Source: an uncultured Candidatus Saccharibacteria bacterium (GTDB taxonomy: Bacteria; Patescibacteriota; Minisyncoccia; Phycocordibacterales; UBA2100). Taken from it: a DNA stretch of 64,000 bases. Shown here one piece after another: positions 1 to 9,300 of the stretch. Positions within the stretch are counted from its first letter, which is position 1, and each line of letters starts with the position of its first letter. A model generated the notes under the pieces. The model was not told the DNA's origin, searched no databases, and worked only from the letters and a program-made list of their open reading frames with translations. The stretch is taken from assembly GCA_964534465.1 (NCBI GenBank), contig CAZHOB010000003.1:14843-78842 (forward strand). The letters are read 5' to 3'. A program made the position numbers and the translations under genes.

Positions 1-1
1 A

Positions 2-289
2 CTCAACGCAGGTTGCGTTCCGCAGATACTCGTTCGCAAATGGCACGATTCGCAGCCTTACGTTCCGCGCGAGCTATCTGTCACTACAAAGCCGGCTCCG
101 CGTCGATTCAAGAAGAAGATCACGACATGGATCGCGTTCTGGCCGTGGAGTGCTCTCAACTATCTGCTCTCCGACATCCTGAAGGACCTTGTGGACCTCG
201 TGATGCGCCTCCTCAACGGCGTGTACATGTGGATCACCAACAGGCACTTCGGCCAAGTCGACGAACGTCTGATGAAGGACGAACATTGA
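2..289 (+). CDS. 3' part of hypothetical membrane protein (truncated by window; not in ORF track)
   Basis: Open frame from nt 2 to TGA 287-289: ...KPAPRRFKKKITTWIAFWPWSALNYLLSDILKD...DEH*; followed by terminator. Confidence 0.7.
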   Translation, partial: LNAGCVPQILVRKWHDSQPYVPRELSVTTKPAPRRFKKKITTWIAFWPWSALNYLLSDILKDLVDLVMRLLNGVYMWITNRHFGQVDERLMKDEH

Positions 290-304
290 GATCTTCACTG
301 TTTA

Positions 305-340
305 CCCCCGCGAGCTACTCTCGCGGGGGCTTTTCTTTAT
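305..340 (+). terminator. Intrinsic terminator
   Basis: CCCCCGCGAG-ctact-CTCGCGGGGG followed by T-rich tail. Confidence 0.8.
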
Positions 341-347
341 TAAATTG

Positions 348-419
348 TGGACCAGCGGGGAATCGGACCCCGGACCTCCTCATTGCAAATGAGGCATTCT
401 ACCACTGAACTACTGGCCC
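348..419 (-). tRNA. tRNA-Ala(TGC)
   Basis: Cloverleaf: acceptor GGGCCAG/CTGGTCC with G3:U70, anticodon arm CCTCA-TTTGCAA-TGAGG, T arm CGGGG-TCCGATT-CCCCG; CCA not encoded. Confidence 0.95.
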
Positions 420-550
420 TATAGAGCGTGATTATTGCATATTTCGGGGTTAGTGTGTATGGTCCCAAATTCACTCCGGACCTTTATTTTTTGCTTGCGT
501 TTTACGGTACGGGCTCTACTCTTAGCGAAGAGTAACGAAGGAGATAGCAC

Positions 551-1285
551 GTGGCAGAGCAATTCAATACGCTCGAAGAAGTCCTCGCGGCGGACCCGCT
601 CGGTTCGATGTACGAAACAATGCGCGCTGCAATGGAAGCAGTACGCGTAACGCATCCGGATGAATGCGAGCTCGAGGACAAAGTGATGAATTTTATTTTG
701 GAGCGCATTGCATTAGACCCGACATTTGATGAGCGGACCGAGGCGGGTAAGCAAACGATCGCTGCCGCGCTCGGAGTCTCAATGGAAGATCTGCTTCGAA
801 TGGAAGACTTCCAACGAGAATACTTTGGAGCAATGGAAGCTGTATCGCCCGCGCCGGAAGAGCTCATCGCGCAGTGGAAAGAGCTCAAACATCTCAATTA
901 CATTCGTGATGTCGACGCCGCGACGTGGCCCGCACAGCTCACGCGGCCGATGCTTGTCCTCTATTCTGCTGATTGGTGTCATCCGTGCCGGATGATACGG
1001 CCAACCTTTGCGCAGCTTGTACTCTTCTACGACAAGGCCGAGGTGCGCTATTGCCATGACGAAGCTTTTCACGATGCTCACGGCGTCGATGGTATCCCGC
1101 AGTTCATCGCGCATTTCCCCAATGGGTCACGCGTGATGAGCGATGTAGGCAACAGCGCGCAGGAGATGTGGGACACGATGAATAATCTTGTCGCGCTCGG
1201 CCAAGCGTATCAAGGCGACGGTCGGCTCGTGTGCACGCAGGATTCGTGCAGGATAAGTCCGTCGTTCGCACGAACAAGTGAATAA
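551..1285 (+). CDS. Thioredoxin-domain protein
   Basis: WCHPC motif and GIPQF in C-terminal half; SD AAGGAG; terminator about 1292-1313. Confidence 0.8.
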   Translation: MAEQFNTLEEVLAADPLGSMYETMRAAMEAVRVTHPDECELEDKVMNFILERIALDPTFDERTEAGKQTIAAALGVSMEDLLRMEDFQREYFGAMEAVSPAPEELIAQWKELKHLNYIRDVDAATWPAQLTRPMLVLYSADWCHPCRMIRPTFAQLVLFYDKAEVRYCHDEAFHDAHGVDGIPQFIAHFPNGSRVMSDVGNSAQEMWDTMNNLVALGQAYQGDGRLVCTQDSCRISPSFARTSE

Positions 1286-1385
1286 ACTCAACGGCCCCGT
1301 ATTCTCGGGGCCGCTTTCTATTTTCAGACGAGCTTGATAGCGAAGTGGCGATTCTGTATGCTGCGCACAGCAAAGGAGCACAAGA

Positions 1386-1697
1386 ATGTCCAAGAGGTCC
1401 GATTACATTAAGGAGCTTTCAACGGATATCAGGCGCGAGGTGCGTCAGGAAGATTGGAAGTCCGTTGCCGACACCCTTTCATGTTTGGCGGAGCAACTCG
1501 TAACTGCACTCATGGATCGTAATGACGTACTCATTCGTTCGGCCTATGAGAGCGTCGAGCGCAGTCATAGCCTGTTGGTAACCCGAGATTGCCCCGAGGG
1601 CGACTTGTGGTCGCCCGAAACAGCGGCATCCGAAATGCGAGCGTTTACCCGATTGCTTAATATAGCTCTGGGATATCGAAGATCTAATAGATCCTAA
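1386..1697 (+). CDS. Hypothetical protein (ORFan cassette)
   Basis: SD AAAGGAG, TTGATA..TATGCT promoter, terminator about 1708-1734. Confidence 0.7.
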   Translation: MSKRSDYIKELSTDIRREVRQEDWKSVADTLSCLAEQLVTALMDRNDVLIRSAYESVERSHSLLVTRDCPEGDLWSPETAASEMRAFTRLLNIALGYRRSNRS

Positions 1698-1744
1698 GCA
1701 CGCAATAAACCATCATGGCTCGCCTTGATGGTTTCTTTCTTGTA

Positions 1745-2716
1745 TTAAGCGGCGCGCGCAAGCTTGATGGAGTGTTCGAGGAATTCGCGCACTGATGAGC
1801 CGACGGCTTCGAGCATCGGCGGGAAGGCCGCGCCTTGGTAGAGACCGGGGAGGGCGTTGACTTCGAGAAGGTAGGCGGCGCGAGGTGTCACTATGAAATC
1901 GGCACGGGAGAAGTGCGAGAGACCGAGCGCACGGTGAGCGTCTTTCGCCGCATTGGCGAGCATCTCTTTTTGCGATTTGTCGAACGAGCTCGGCACAGAA
2001 TACGTGAGCTTGGCACCCGCATGATGGTCGGGGCGCATCAATTTTTCTCCTTCGGGCAGCGTAATGTGCGCCGGTGGCAGCGCGTAGAGATCTTCGCCGC
2101 GGAAATCTTCTATGACGCCCACGGTGGCTTGTTCGCCGCGGACGAATTGTTCCACGAGAGCGCCACCATACATATCCAAGATGATCGCGAGCGCGTCGGG
2201 CAATTCTATCGGCGTGGACGCGATGAGTATGCCCGTTGATGCGCCCTCTTGGGCGGGCTTCACCACATACGGTGGACCAAATGTATTGAAGATCGTGCGT
2301 GCCATCTCCCCCGTCGTCATTTCGTCACTGATCGAAAATCCCATCGCAGCAGGCATACGCACGCCGGCTTTTTGCAGGATCTCGTGGGCGCGAGTCTTGT
2401 GGAGTGAATTGAGCGCAGGCGAGGGCCGCGCGCCCGCGTAGGGCACGCCCGCGCGCTCCAGAAGACGCTGCACTGTGCCGTCTTCACCGACGCCACCATG
2501 CAGACCACTGAGCACTACATCTACCTGCGAGAGAGCGCGCGCCGGATCGACGGGAATGCCGCGTAAGTGCCACGTGCCATCTTTGCCGATAAAAATATCG
2601 CGCGTTTCGTACTTGTCGTCGGGAAGATTCGAGAGTATTGCGGCACCCGTTTTGAGCGAAAGAGTATATTCGCTCGATGTTCCGCCACGGAGCACCCCGA
2701 CACTGGTACGGATCAT
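1745..2716 (-). CDS. ddl: D-alanine--D-alanine ligase family protein
   Basis: GGTSSEY, LHGGVGEDG, VVKP, RADF, LEVNALPG motifs. Confidence 0.9.
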   Translation of the reverse strand: MIRTSVGVLRGGTSSEYTLSLKTGAAILSNLPDDKYETRDIFIGKDGTWHLRGIPVDPARALSQVDVVLSGLHGGVGEDGTVQRLLERAGVPYAGARPSPALNSLHKTRAHEILQKAGVRMPAAMGFSISDEMTTGEMARTIFNTFGPPYVVKPAQEGASTGILIASTPIELPDALAIILDMYGGALVEQFVRGEQATVGVIEDFRGEDLYALPPAHITLPEGEKLMRPDHHAGAKLTYSVPSSFDKSQKEMLANAAKDAHRALGLSHFSRADFIVTPRAAYLLEVNALPGLYQGAAFPPMLEAVGSSVREFLEHSIKLARAA

Positions 2717-2743
2717 GCAAAAATTATAGCACCGTTACAAATG

Positions 2744-2866
2744 GCAAACTGCTGAAAAGGGCCGGAGGCGAGGCGCCGACGAGAGAGAACCTGAGCCGTA
2801 CTTATTGTACGGTGAGGGTTCGAACAAGGAGGGCAACGATGCATCCGGCCCTTTTATGCAGTTTGC
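2744..2866. mobile_element. MITE-like long inverted-repeat element
   Basis: 23-bp terminal IRs (21/23 match) with nested internal hairpins; abuts the CTAG containing the TAG stop of the adjacent gene. Confidence 0.55.
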
Positions 2867-3321
2867 TAGGGTGCGGGGTAGAAGGTGACGTCTTGGGGGA
2901 TTATATGGAGCGAGAAATCAGGCACCCACCACACCTTGCAGATGGCGAGCGGCACGAAGCTGAGTCCTGATTGCGCAGCGAGCTTCTCGTACGAAGCTTT
3001 CAAACCCTGCGTATCGCGGTCGTTCCACGCTGCGGCCTGATCTTCCTGATTGACTATCATGTGTACCATCGTCTGCTTGCCAAGGACGGTGATCGTGTAA
3101 TCAAAGCGCGTGAGCCCGTTGAGGACATACATATCGCCGACTATCGAGTTGTCGTCATTCCTCCATGAAAAATGACATATCGCTGGCGGAAGTTTTTTTA
3201 TCTCTTCATAATTTCCGAGACCGATAGAGGGCGGTATGGTGCTGGAGCGGTACCAGAGATAGCCGAAATACGTACCGATCAAAAGAAGTGCACATACCAA
3301 GAGAAACTTGAATGGCTGCAT
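2866..3321 (-). CDS. Membrane-anchored hypothetical protein
   Basis: N-terminal TM helix (MQPFKFLLVCALLLIG); TATACT just upstream of ATG. Confidence 0.75.
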   Translation of the reverse strand: MQPFKFLLVCALLLIGTYFGYLWYRSSTIPPSIGLGNYEEIKKLPPAICHFSWRNDDNSIVGDMYVLNGLTRFDYTITVLGKQTMVHMIVNQEDQAAAWNDRDTQGLKASYEKLAAQSGLSFVPLAICKVWWVPDFSLHIIPQDVTFYPAP

Positions 3322-3340
3322 TAATTCTAAGTATATCGGA

Positions 3341-4570
3341 TTACAAGAGTCGTCCACGGCGCGCGCGGTGATAACTGATACCGAAGCGATGTGCCTCACT
3401 ATTAGCCAAAAGGATGTCTTTTTCGTAGGCCGCTATCGCACGCTCGTCGCCTATCAGGCGCTCCGGCTTGTGGAATTCGTTCTTCACCACGCCGACTATC
3501 GGAATAGCCACGCCGGCGGCTTTGGTAATGCTCATGGCCGCCCGCATCTGTCCCTTGCCGCCGTCCACTACGAAAACGCGGGGAAGAGGCCACTCGGCAT
3601 GACCGAGTCGACGCTCGAGAATTTCTTTGAGTGCCGCGGTATCGTCGTTGGTCGCGGTACGAATTTTGAATTTACGGTATGCGTTCTTTATCATCTCGCC
3701 GCTATGGACGACCGTCATCACGCCGACCGTCTCTTGACCGGCCGTATGCGCCACGTCATACGCCTCAATGCGGACACCGCCTCCCGATGACACGCGGCTG
3801 TCATCCTTTATGAGTGATACATCGCGTATGTGTTCGAGCGCGAATACCTGTCTGCGCAGCGACTCGGCTTTTTCAAAGTGCTCAGCCTTGGCCGACTCTT
3901 TCATTTCTTTGGTCATTTGGCGCTTCAGTCCGTGAAAATTGCCGGAAAATAATTCGCATATCTTTTTTACCGTTTGCAGGTACTCCTCGCGCTTCATCTC
4001 CCCTGTACATACTCCAGGACACAAGCCTATCTGACGATTGAAACACGGCCGGCACATTTTGTTCTTAGGTGAACCGCACGGATCGCATTTGGAATCGCGG
4101 AACGGGAATATCCGTCGCACTATTTTTACGGCATCCTGCAGCGCGAGCCCCTGCGGAAATGGTCCGAAGATGTTGCGCGCCTGCGGCGTGTCGCCGTTGT
4201 GGTAGAGGTCGCGGCCGCGCACGACAAGCACTCGGGGAAAATCCTCTTTGGTAATGACGAGGTAGTTGAAGCTTTTGTTGTCTTTGGATGCGGAGTTATA
4301 TGGCGGCATGTGCCGCTTGATGAGGTTGGCCTCGAGGATGAGTGCCTCGAGCACGGAGTCAGTAGAATGCCACTGAATGCTATTAGCCTCCTGCACCATT
4401 TGCACGATGTGCTCTCCGCGACCATCCCGCAGGTCGTTCGAAAAATAGCTACGCACACGATCGCGCAGGCTTGCAGCCTTGCCGATATAAAGTAAATTAT
4501 GCCCTTTTTTAAAGAGATATACGCCCGGCTCGTCGGGTAATTTGAATTTTGTGAGGTCTTCTTTTTGCAT
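3341..4570 (-). CDS. uvrC: Excinuclease ABC subunit C (short form)
   Basis: GIY-YIG domain (PGVYLF..YIGKA..LRDRV), Cys cluster, UVR motif, RIEAYDVAH, VVDGGKGQ. Confidence 0.9.
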   Translation of the reverse strand: MQKEDLTKFKLPDEPGVYLFKKGHNLLYIGKAASLRDRVRSYFSNDLRDGRGEHIVQMVQEANSIQWHSTDSVLEALILEANLIKRHMPPYNSASKDNKSFNYLVITKEDFPRVLVVRGRDLYHNGDTPQARNIFGPFPQGLALQDAVKIVRRIFPFRDSKCDPCGSPKNKMCRPCFNRQIGLCPGVCTGEMKREEYLQTVKKICELFSGNFHGLKRQMTKEMKESAKAEHFEKAESLRRQVFALEHIRDVSLIKDDSRVSSGGGVRIEAYDVAHTAGQETVGVMTVVHSGEMIKNAYRKFKIRTATNDDTAALKEILERRLGHAEWPLPRVFVVDGGKGQMRAAMSITKAAGVAIPIVGVVKNEFHKPERLIGDERAIAAYEKDILLANSEAHRFGISYHRARRGRLL

Positions 4571-4625
4571 GAGAGAGTGAAAAAACAGTTTGCCCCGACA
4601 AAGACGTCGGGGCAAGGGCGCGCGT

Positions 4626-4868
4626 TCAGTGGATGAACGCTTTCACATAGGCCGGAAGTTGGCCGCCGGATTTCCAGCGCATTGCGTCGTTGGAGACACT
4701 GCGTTCATTCCAGGCGAAGCATCCACTGTGCCATCGTGAGAAGCATTCGGCAAAGACGTCGCTGGTCGTAACGTGTGCACCTGCCGCCAGCCTGCTCTTG
4801 AACATGAGAGCTCTCAACGAATTGACCGATGCCTTGTCGCGCTCACGCAGTGCGACCTCGATGTCCAT
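4626..4868 (-). CDS. Hypothetical protein (ORFan cassette)
   Basis: SD GGAGG, TTGACA-N16-TACAAT promoter, CCCCGAC hairpin downstream. Confidence 0.7.
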   Translation of the reverse strand: MDIEVALRERDKASVNSLRALMFKSRLAAGAHVTTSDVFAECFSRWHSGCFAWNERSVSNDAMRWKSGGQLPAYVKAFIH

Positions 4869-4990
4869 CGTTTCCTCCAAGGTTTTTTGATGGGACGCAG
4901 TACAGATCCGCTTATATTGTATGAGTGTTCGATGAATTGTCAAGATAAAAGAATGGCCCCGCCGAAGGCGGGGCAAAAATATATCGTGCT

Positions 4991-5293
4991 CTAGCGGAAC
5001 TTGGCATCCGCATGCCAATACGTGCTCATCACGTAGTAGGGAAGGATCCCCTTCTCCTTGAAATCGCGCACGTCCGCGCGCACGAATGTACGCATAATGA
5101 GAGCCGACGCCGATCTGCCATTGTGCGCCCGATACGCGAGACAAAAGAGCGCCGCGAGCGACGTGGGTTTGTTGCGGCTGCGACGCACAAGCATCACCTG
5201 CGTCTTCTGTAACACAACAGCTGGATCGAAGAAGTGGCCTGCGAACGGCTGATACGCTATCCTTTCATTCTCCACGTTCGGCTGGAGACGCAT
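4991..5293 (-). CDS. Hypothetical protein (ORFan cassette)
   Basis: 100-aa ORF followed by hairpin GCCCCGCC-TTC-GGCGGGGC. Confidence 0.55.
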   Translation of the reverse strand: MRLQPNVENERIAYQPFAGHFFDPAVVLQKTQVMLVRRSRNKPTSLAALFCLAYRAHNGRSASALIMRTFVRADVRDFKEKGILPYYVMSTYWHADAKFR

Positions 5294-5424
5294 TTTTCTT
5301 TTCCCCGAATTTGAGACACACTAAAAATACATTGTACTCTTTTGCGTTACCGAACGCAACGCACCCGCGCATCTGGACGCGCGCCGAGAGTACCGTACGA
5401 TTAGAAGAAGAAAGGAAACCAACA

Positions 5425-5787
5425 ATGCATGTCACGCTACGAGATGAGATACTCGTAGTCGCTGACTACGAGAGTGCGTATTCCGCGATGACGCTCTACG
5501 GTCGCGTCCATGTTCTGCGTCGTGGGAACGGTGTCCACGTGTACATCACACATGAGATCTTTGCCGCCACTCTCTTTCAGATGGCGATCGAAGGTCTTGT
5601 CGAACCTCGCAGATTGCGCAAGCGCGATAAATGGCTCGTGGCCGTTGGTCCCAACGCGAAGTACAACGTGCACGACCTCTTTTTTCGTCTTACGCCTTTG
5701 GGGCAGCAGAAGCAATATCAGCTCCTCGACAGGCTGAACAAAGAGAACGCGAACATTATACCGGAGTGCAAGCTCTATAAAAAATGA
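5425..5787 (+). CDS. Hypothetical protein (ORFan cassette)
   Basis: SD AAAGGA; convergent with uvrA at a shared hairpin. Confidence 0.65.
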   Translation: MHVTLRDEILVVADYESAYSAMTLYGRVHVLRRGNGVHVYITHEIFAATLFQMAIEGLVEPRRLRKRDKWLVAVGPNAKYNVHDLFFRLTPLGQQKQYQLLDRLNKENANIIPECKLYKK

Positions 5788-5803
5788 GGGACGACACCGA
5801 CCC

Positions 5804-8455
5804 TCATTTTTGTTTTGCTTTTTTGAGAACTCGTTTCAGATAGTAACCCGTGTGTGAGCCGTCCGTGCGCGATACTTCCTCCGGCGTGCCTTTGGCCACG
5901 ATCTTGCCTCCGCCCACCCCGCCTTCGGGCCCCATGTCGATGATGTAATCCGCACACTTCAACATATCGAGGTTGTGTTCGATGACGATCACGCTGTTTC
6001 CCCTGTCCACCAATTTTTGCAATATCGTGATGAGCTTCGCAACATCGTCGTAGTGCAAGCCCACGGTCGGCTCATCGAGCAGGTACATCGTTTTGGTCAT
6101 GAGCGGGCGGTACAGCTCGGAAGCTATTTTCACACGCTGCGCTTCCCCGCCGCTGAGCGTGGTGGCGCTTTGCCCGAGCTCGAGATATGCGAGACCCACA
6201 TCCATTAAAGTTTTCAATCTGTCCGAGATGGCCGGTATATCCTCAAAGAATGCGTACGCTTCTTCGACGGTCATCGAGAGCACATCGTGGATATTTTTCT
6301 TTTTGTATTTCACTTCGAGCGTCTCTTTCATAAAGCGTTTGCCGTTGCATACGTCGCACGTCACGTAGACCGTCGGCAAAAAGTGCATTTCCACAGCCAC
6401 AAGGCCGTTGCCCTGACACGCCTCGCAGCGCCCCCCCTTCACATTGAAAGAAAATCGGCCGGGTCCCCAGCCGCGCGCTTTGGCCTCTTCACTCATGGCA
6501 AAAAGATCGCGGATGTGCGTCCACGAGCCGGTATACGTGGCGGGATTCGAGCGCGGCGTGCGGCCTATCGGCGACTGATCGATAAGGATGGAGCGGCCGA
6601 GATATTCCGTGCCGGTGAATTCTTTGACGTTGAATATCTTTGCGCTGCGAAATCGTTTGTCGAAACGTGCGAGCAAATTGCGATGGAGTATTTCGTAGAG
6701 AAAAGTGGATTTGCCCGAGCCCGAAACGCCGGTGATATTGACGAACTTCTGAAGTGGAATGTCGACATTGAGATTCTCGATGTTGAACTTGGAGGCGCCG
6801 CGTATCTTGAGTCGACCTCTATCCGAGAAACGACGTTTCTCCGGTATCTCGATGCGCTCTTCGTCGCGCAAATACGCGAGCGTGCGCGAGCCCGACTTAT
6901 TGCTTTTTGCCGTGAGCAGGTCTTCAAGCCATCCGTCGACAACTATCTGGCCACCGTGCGTCCCCGCCCCCGGCCCGAGATCCACGATGTAATCAGAAGC
7001 AAATATCGTATCTTCATCGTGTTCGACGACCAATACCGTGTTGCCCAAGTCGCGCAAGCGCTTGAGCGTCTCGATGAGTTTGTCGTTGTCGCGCTGGTGC
7101 AATCCGATGGTCGGCTCATCGAGCACATAGAGTGCACCCACAAGCCCGCTGCCAAGCTGCGAGGCAAGGCGAATACGCTGTGCCTCGCCGCCGGAGAGCG
7201 TGTTGGCTTTTCTATCAAGCGTGAGGTATTCGATACCCACATCGAGCATGAATTTGAGACGGTTCGTGATCTCTTTGATCATGACTTTCGATATCTCTTC
7301 TTCCTTTTTCGTCAATTTAAGTTTTGAAAAGAAATTCATCGCGTCCTGTATCGAGAGCGACGAGATATTCACGATGTTCATGCCCGCCGCAGGGCCTGTG
7401 TGTTCCGCCGGCTCTTTTACGTGACCCAAGAATACGTTGAGTGATTCGGGTCGCAAGCGCGCGCCATTGCACACGAGGCATACTTCATCGCTAAAGAGGT
7501 ACCGTGTGCCGATACCTTTGCATTCAGGACATGCGCCGTACGGCGAGTTGAAGGAAAAGAGACGCGGTTCGATCTCGGGAAAAGAGAAGCCATCGTACGG
7601 GCACATGAATTTGGCGGAAACTATTCTTGAGAGCCCTGCGGGATCGGTGATGCGCACGAGTCCTTCAGATTCGCCGAGCGCACGCTCTATCGCTTCGGAC
7701 GCTCGTTCATGAGCGGCTTTGGCATCGTCGGCAAATTCCGAAACGAATATCTCATCCACGATCACGTCAATCGAATGCTTGAAATTCTTTTGCAACTCGA
7801 TACGACCGCGCAGCGATTTCTCCTCCCCATCGACTATCACCTTTTCAAAACCTTTGTTCAGGAGATCATACAGCAGCTGGTAATACTCTCCCTTGCGTCC
7901 CACGACGAGAGGCGATGAAATACGTATCTTCGCATCCGAAACTCCTTTCGTGAGTTTGCCGTCGGAGCCTTTGTGCTTTCGCGCATCGTCAACAATATGG
8001 AGAACTGATTCCAATATCTCTTCATTTGAGAGCTTGCGTACCTCGCGCCCGCACTGCGGACAGTGCGGATGACCGATGCGCGCATAAAGCACGCGGAGGT
8101 AATCGTAGATCTCCGTGATCGTCGCGACGGTCGAGCGCGGATTGTTGGAGCGGCTCTTTTGATCAATGGATATCGCCGGTGAGAGGCCGGAAATTTCGTC
8201 TACGTCGGGCTTCTGCATCTGGCGTAAGAACTGGCGGGCATATGCCGAAAGTGATTCCACATATTTGCGCTGACCTTCGGCGAATATCGTATCAAAAGCC
8301 AAAGACGACTTTCCGCTACCGGAAAGCCCCGTAAAAACGACCATTTTGTTGCGCGGCACCCCCACACTCACGTTCTTGAGGTTGTGGGTCCGCGCTCCCT
8401 TTATGATGATTTTGCCTGCCCCGAGCGAAGTCGAGGTGTCTTCCTGTTTGTGCAT
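5804..8455 (-). CDS. uvrA: Excinuclease ABC subunit A
   Basis: Two ABC ATPase modules (GLSGSGKS, GVSGSGKS, LSGGEAQR twice), Zn fingers; start uncertain. Confidence 0.97.
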   Translation of the reverse strand: MHKQEDTSTSLGAGKIIIKGARTHNLKNVSVGVPRNKMVVFTGLSGSGKSSLAFDTIFAEGQRKYVESLSAYARQFLRQMQKPDVDEISGLSPAISIDQKSRSNNPRSTVATITEIYDYLRVLYARIGHPHCPQCGREVRKLSNEEILESVLHIVDDARKHKGSDGKLTKGVSDAKIRISSPLVVGRKGEYYQLLYDLLNKGFEKVIVDGEEKSLRGRIELQKNFKHSIDVIVDEIFVSEFADDAKAAHERASEAIERALGESEGLVRITDPAGLSRIVSAKFMCPYDGFSFPEIEPRLFSFNSPYGACPECKGIGTRYLFSDEVCLVCNGARLRPESLNVFLGHVKEPAEHTGPAAGMNIVNISSLSIQDAMNFFSKLKLTKKEEEISKVMIKEITNRLKFMLDVGIEYLTLDRKANTLSGGEAQRIRLASQLGSGLVGALYVLDEPTIGLHQRDNDKLIETLKRLRDLGNTVLVVEHDEDTIFASDYIVDLGPGAGTHGGQIVVDGWLEDLLTAKSNKSGSRTLAYLRDEERIEIPEKRRFSDRGRLKIRGASKFNIENLNVDIPLQKFVNITGVSGSGKSTFLYEILHRNLLARFDKRFRSAKIFNVKEFTGTEYLGRSILIDQSPIGRTPRSNPATYTGSWTHIRDLFAMSEEAKARGWGPGRFSFNVKGGRCEACQGNGLVAVEMHFLPTVYVTCDVCNGKRFMKETLEVKYKKKNIHDVLSMTVEEAYAFFEDIPAISDRLKTLMDVGLAYLELGQSATTLSGGEAQRVKIASELYRPLMTKTMYLLDEPTVGLHYDDVAKLITILQKLVDRGNSVIVIEHNLDMLKCADYIIDMGPEGGVGGGKIVAKGTPEEVSRTDGSHTGYYLKRVLKKAKQK

Positions 8456-8604
8456 ACAACGAAATCTGACCCCCTTTTGGTCATGGGGGTTAGGTAGGAC
8501 CACCCTATCACGTTTGATGGCCATAAAGAACCTCGATACTTGACATTGGCGTGCAACGTGGTAGTATTTGCAGCAGTTTCCCACCCCAGATGACGGAGCG
8601 TGAC

Positions 8605-8850
8605 ATGCGCGGCCACTACTGTGTCGAATTGATGTTGCGGAAGTCGGAGCTTGAATTCCAGGCGATCAAGAAGGTCGTTGACGCCTATACACCGTATGGC
8701 GCAGCGGCCCAGGTCGTTGGCGATGCGGAAAAAAAGTATCCGCAGTCGGAAGGATGGCGCGGTCATGAGCAATACTTCGTGATGGAGTTTTCATCCGAAG
8801 GTCCCATCCCTGTTCTGCCGAAGGCAGTGGCTCTCGGCATCGCGGCGTGA
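8605..8850 (+). CDS. Hypothetical protein, paralog of next ORF
   Basis: TTGACA-N16-TAGTAT promoter, SD GGAG; motif AEKKYPQSEGW. Confidence 0.65.
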   Translation: MRGHYCVELMLRKSELEFQAIKKVVDAYTPYGAAAQVVGDAEKKYPQSEGWRGHEQYFVMEFSSEGPIPVLPKAVALGIAA

Positions 8851-8959
8851 ACGCTGCAACAAGAAAGAGGCTCCGCATCGCGGGGCCTTTTCAGTTTCTT
8901 ACGTAGTTTGACCTCGAAATAAACGTGTGATATGAATCGGGCAGCAGAGGAGGGTGTTG

Positions 8960-9268
8960 ATGTCCCGCACCTACACAGTTTGTTTTGTCGCCACGAAGCA
9001 GACTCGCTACGGCCCAGTGAACAATACTGATATTGCTATCTTTTCCAGCGACGTTATCGGAGCAAGCTCATCAGAATTCGCTCGCGACACGGTACTCGAA
9101 AACGCGAAGAAAAAATTTCCTCCATCAGATGGATGGGAATTTGACGACCCGAACGTTCGTGAGATCTCCAAAGAAACCGCTTATTCAATGTGGTTGAACT
9201 CCCGTCCGGAAGATGAGATTCCCGAGGAGCACAGGATTCCCTGGGCAGACAAGATCGAACATACGTGA
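8960..9268 (+). CDS. Hypothetical protein, paralog of previous ORF
   Basis: SD GAGGAGG; motif AKKKFPPSDGW; terminator 9276-9300. Confidence 0.7.
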   Translation: MSRTYTVCFVATKQTRYGPVNNTDIAIFSSDVIGASSSEFARDTVLENAKKKFPPSDGWEFDDPNVREISKETAYSMWLNSRPEDEIPEEHRIPWADKIEHT

Positions 9269-9300
9269 ACAACATGCCCCGACATGTCGGGGCTTTTTCT

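Noticed and set aside
8891-8920. Possible murB tail relic (FEVKLRKK vs FGIELKEE)
   Set aside because: Nucleotide identity too low to separate from chance.
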